Shown here piece by piece: positions 33,348 through 36,621 of a stretch of DNA of 36,621 nucleotides. Every line of letters starts with the position of its first letter. The stretch's first letter is position 1. The notes under the pieces are model-generated. The model saw only the letters and a program-made list of their open reading frames with translations, did not search any database and was not told the DNA's origin. Source of the stretch: Candidatus Zixiibacteriota bacterium (GTDB taxonomy: Bacteria > Zixibacteria > MSB-5A5 > SM1-73). Made by a program: the position numbers and the translations under genes. The DNA is taken from the NCBI GenBank assembly GCA_020341875.1, contig CP070839.1:2360001-2396621 (forward strand), written 5' to 3'.

Positions 33348-35153
33348 CTATGGATGGAAATGTTTGTAGACGTTTTCCGCCAACCTTTTGTTGATCCCCT
33401 GAAGTTTTAGCAGTTCCTCCAAGCCTGCCTCTTTGATTCTTGCCACGGAGCCGAAATGCTTCAGCAGGCTTTCTCTCCTTGTGGGTCCCACGCCGGGAAT
33501 CTTATCCAGCTCGGATCCTATGGTTCTTTTCTTTCTCAATTTCCGATGATATTGAATGGCGAACCTGTGCGCCTCGTCCCTCACTCGTTGCAGAAGCTTC
33601 AGGGAGGCTGATCCCTTCCGAATCATCAACGGGTTGGGTCTCTCCGGGAGGAATACCTCGTCTATCCTTTTGGCCAGGGCCACCACCTTCTGTTTCTTTA
33701 TCCCCAGCCGCTTTAGAGCGCGAAGGACACTTGAGAGCTGACCTTTTCCACCATCGACCAAGACTAAATCCGGAAATTCCCTTTTCTCCCGGGTGAGACC
33801 GACAAAATACCTGCTCACCACTTCCCCCATCATGGCGAAGTCGTCCTGCCTCTCTAAGCTTCTGATTTTGAATCTCCGGTACCGGCTCTTCTTGGGCTGA
33901 CCGTTCTCGAAGAAGACCAGAGATCCCGCCGCGTCTGCAGGGCCTAAGTTAGATATGTCGAATGCCGCTATTTTTCGCGGAGGGATGGACAGGTACAGGT
34001 CCTTCTCCAAAGCCTCCACGGCCCCCGGTACTTTCTTCTTCGCCTCCGATCTCTGAAGCAGAAGCTCGTCCAGCGAGAGTTGGGCGTTATAGCTTGCCAT
34101 CTGAAGAAGCTTGACCTTTTCCCCCCGTTGGGGAACGATGACCTTGGCTCTTCCCTTCCTCCTTGAACCCAGCCATTTCTCGATCATCTGCTGATCATCA
34201 ATCGTCACCGGAAGAACGATCTCGGCCGGAATCGCCGCCGAGTGCATGTAGTATTGCCTCAGGAAGTTGGACAAGATCTCGGAGTCCGCACTCTCCTTCA
34301 ATCCAGCCAGGTGGAAGTTCTGTCTTCCGATCAAGACCCCCTCCCTAATCTGGAGGGCAACAGCCGAGATGTCCTTCCCTGCCCGGGCGAAGGCAATGAT
34401 GTCTCGATCCGGTTGCTTTACGTCCACCACTTTCTGCTTTTCGGTTGCGCTGTCCAGTGCTTTGAGCTGGTCTCTGGCCTGAGCCGCTCTCTCGTACTCC
34501 TCCCGGGCGGAATACTCCCTCATCCTCTCCTTCAGCTGCTCCCTCAACAAGCTGTTTTTCCCGGAGAGAAAGAGCAGAACGTCGTTTGTGATCTCGTGAT
34601 ACTCCTCCGGCGAAACCTTCCCCTCACACGGTCCCAGACACCTCTTGATATGATAATCCAAACACAGCTTGACCTTTCTGGACGAGGGAAGGGCATAATT
34701 GCAGCTTCGAATGGGGAAGACCTTTCTCAGCATCTTCAGAGAATTCCGCATGGCCTTTACGTTGGTGTAAGGCCCGAAGTATTTGGCTCGGTCTTTTTTT
34801 ACTCTTCTCACCACCAGCACCCTGGGGAATGGCTCGTCGGTTACCTTCACATAAGGGTACCTCTTGTCGTCCTTCAGGTTAACGTTGTACCTGGGCTTGT
34901 GTTGTTTGATTAGATTAGCTTCCAGGATCAAAGCCTCCATCTCCGAGTCGGTGGCCAGTACGTCGAAATCCGATATCCTGGAGATCAGTGCAGAGAGCTT
35001 GGGGTGATAGGGGGGCGTGTGGTGGAAGTAAGCCCGCACTCTGTTTCTCAAGGACTTCGCCTTCCCCACGTAGATTATCCTTCCTGCTGCGTCCTTCATC
35101 AAATAGACTCCGGACTTGGTCGTAAGGTTCTTGAGCTTGGTCTTTAAGTCCAT
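33348..35153 (-). CDS. uvrC: Excinuclease ABC subunit C
   Basis: 601-aa ORF. The GIY-YIG N-terminus reads GVYLMKDAAGRIIYVGKAKSLRNRVRAYF. A UVR domain is followed by the RNase H-like endonuclease region and a C-terminal (HhH)2 motif, LDKIPGVGPTRRESLLKHFGS. Confidence 0.95.
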   Translation of the reverse strand: MDLKTKLKNLTTKSGVYLMKDAAGRIIYVGKAKSLRNRVRAYFHHTPPYHPKLSALISRISDFDVLATDSEMEALILEANLIKQHKPRYNVNLKDDKRYPYVKVTDEPFPRVLVVRRVKKDRAKYFGPYTNVKAMRNSLKMLRKVFPIRSCNYALPSSRKVKLCLDYHIKRCLGPCEGKVSPEEYHEITNDVLLFLSGKNSLLREQLKERMREYSAREEYERAAQARDQLKALDSATEKQKVVDVKQPDRDIIAFARAGKDISAVALQIREGVLIGRQNFHLAGLKESADSEILSNFLRQYYMHSAAIPAEIVLPVTIDDQQMIEKWLGSRRKGRAKVIVPQRGEKVKLLQMASYNAQLSLDELLLQRSEAKKKVPGAVEALEKDLYLSIPPRKIAAFDISNLGPADAAGSLVFFENGQPKKSRYRRFKIRSLERQDDFAMMGEVVSRYFVGLTREKREFPDLVLVDGGKGQLSSVLRALKRLGIKKQKVVALAKRIDEVFLPERPNPLMIRKGSASLKLLQRVRDEAHRFAIQYHRKLRKKRTIGSELDKIPGVGPTRRESLLKHFGSVARIKEAGLEELLKLQGINKRLAENVYKHFHP

Positions 35154-35230
35154 GGGCTATTGATAGATGACCTCAGAAAGGCGCATCGGCCGGAGGTGGT
35201 CAAACCAAAGATGGCAACTCACCAGGCATG

Positions 35231-35758
35231 CTAAGGGATGACTCTTCTGGCACCTCTATATCTTCTCTTGTAGTATTTCTCGTCCAGAGATGATACGATC
35301 ACCCCGGAGCTTTTGGCGGAGTGCACGAACTGGCCATCGTCGATGTAGATTCCGACGTGGGAAACCGAGAACCAGCCGTCGGAGAAGAAGACTAAGTCTC
35401 CGTATGCAAGATCGTCTTGATGTATCTGTTTTACCAGTTGATAGAGCTTTTTGGCCGAGCGAGGGAGGCTGAAGCCAGCATACTTTCTGTAGACTTGCAC
35501 GACCAACCCGGAGCAGTCCATCCCGGATTTGGTATCACCGCCGTATTGGTAAGGTGCTCCCAGGAATGAGTTGATTATCCTGCCCATCTTGGTCTTATCG
35601 ATCTTGCCTTTGCCTTCCTTCGCGGACTGCTCTTCCGCCATGTCCCGGCTTTTTCTCTCCTCAGGCGTCGCCGAGGTGAATCGAGGTCGGGGACCACAGC
35701 CCATCATGATTAAACAAAGGAAGACGATTAAGAGACAATATTCGGAGAGCCTCTTCAT
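35231..35758 (-). CDS. NlpC/P60-family (C40) peptidoglycan endopeptidase lipoprotein
   Basis: Motifs are GAPYQYGGDTKSGMDCSGLV, GDLVFF and HVGIYIDDGQFVHS. The lipobox-like LIMMGCG favours a start at ATG 35758. The track ORF extends to 35827. Confidence 0.85.
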   Translation of the reverse strand: MKRLSEYCLLIVFLCLIMMGCGPRPRFTSATPEERKSRDMAEEQSAKEGKGKIDKTKMGRIINSFLGAPYQYGGDTKSGMDCSGLVVQVYRKYAGFSLPRSAKKLYQLVKQIHQDDLAYGDLVFFSDGWFSVSHVGIYIDDGQFVHSAKSSGVIVSSLDEKYYKRRYRGARRVIP

Positions 35759-35970
35759 GTACGTGGTGGACAGGGTCGTGGGGCTCGGGACTGGTACAAT
35801 GCCTGCTTTGCTCTGTACATTGTTCATTTTATTTGCAGCCTTTTAATGAATCCTCTGGTCATCTTGTCTACTGCAATCCGTCTCTTACAAGCCTTGATTC
35901 AATTTCTCTTTTTCTAAATCCTTATAACTCTTTATCATCTCCTATCCCACTAATCTCGAGCCCCTAATCC

Positions 35971-36621
35971 CTAGTCCCTGATTTTGATCACTATCATGGT
36001 CAGATCATCTTCCTGGTGCGAGACCCCGGTAAACTCCTTTACCGCCCCATGGATGTTTTCCTGGATCTGGCCAGCACTGAGCTGGTGTGAATCGTCTATC
36101 ACCTGCTTCAGTCTGCGGGTTCCGAATTCCTCTTGGCTGTCATTCTTTGCTTCGGTCACCCCGTCGGTGTAGAACACTATAATCTCTCCGGGAGTGATTC
36201 CCAGTGGTCTTTCTTCGTACTTTGAATTCTCAAACATCCCCAGGGCCATTCCGCCTTCGGTGAGATATTTCATCTCACCGCCGGCACGTCTCAGGATCGG
36301 CGCATTGTGCCCGGCATTGGAGAAGGTAAATATCCTGTTCTTCGGATCCAGAACCCCGTAGACCGCGGTGACGTAAATGTCCGAGGCCGTGCTCTCGAAA
36401 AGGAGATTGTTCACCTTGGTCATGATGCTCCTGATGGCGTAGTTGTTCCTTATCTCGGCTATCAGGCCGGCTCTGACCGAGGCCATGATCAGGGCGGCAG
36501 GTATGCCCTTTCCAGAGACGTCCGCGATAACGATCCCGATCTGGTTCTCGATTATCGGGATGAAATCATAGTAATCCCCACCCACCTCCTCTGAAGGGAT
36601 ATTTATGCCGGAGATGTCGAA
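35971..36621 (-). CDS. PP2C-type SpoIIE/RsbU-family serine phosphatase domain, 5' end beyond window
   Basis: Motifs are GGDYYDF, IVIADVSGKGIPAALIMA, SNAGHN and FYTDGVTEA. The reading frame stays open upstream of the track Met to the window edge (FDISGINIPSEEVGGDYYD). Confidence 0.85.
   Translation of the reverse strand, partial: FDISGINIPSEEVGGDYYDFIPIIENQIGIVIADVSGKGIPAALIMASVRAGLIAEIRNNYAIRSIMTKVNNLLFESTASDIYVTAVYGVLDPKNRIFTFSNAGHNAPILRRAGGEMKYLTEGGMALGMFENSKYEERPLGITPGEIIVFYTDGVTEAKNDSQEEFGTRRLKQVIDDSHQLSAGQIQENIHGAVKEFTGVSHQEDDLTMIVIKIRD

Overview
Dense chromosomal window with about 27 protein genes. It contains no rRNA, tRNA, CRISPR array, transposase or recognisable defence gene. Gene content suggests an uncultivated Gram-negative bacterium, probably FCB-superphylum-like: a T9SS-type C-terminal sorting domain, thrombospondin-type-3 repeats on an OmpA-like barrel, and tricorn homologues.

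Housekeeping genes: ccdA (partial), nnr, thiL, tsaD, uvrC, an M20 amidohydrolase and a flavin reductase.

Envelope and secreted proteins: a rhomboid protease, an 879-aa orphan T9SS-tagged protein, two tandem signal-peptide tricorn proteases, two outer-membrane barrels, a beta-propeller protein, a YbbR protein and an NlpC/P60 peptidase.

Signalling proteins: a REC protein with an acidic tail, a TPR-type sigma-54 activator, an ECF sigma / anti-sigma / YbjQ trio, a REC-GAF-HD-GYP protein and a partial SpoIIE phosphatase.

The parts most worth a second look lie outside the standard gene calls:
- Two clusters of a 14-nt tandem repeat flank a palindromic core at 20411-20580. A 24-aa hydrophobic micro-ORF with a good Shine-Dalgarno follows at 20645-20719.
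- A sigma-54 promoter drives a small exported protein plus a TPR-type activator. A second sigma-54-like promoter sits in the activator stop codon, ahead of a terminator and a ~540-nt hairpin-rich leader of the orphan T9SS protein.
- The two tricorn paralogues differ at the residue next to the nucleophile.
- Two GC-palindrome elements are each bounded by inverted repeats.

All functional calls rest on motif recognition by eye. No database search was run.
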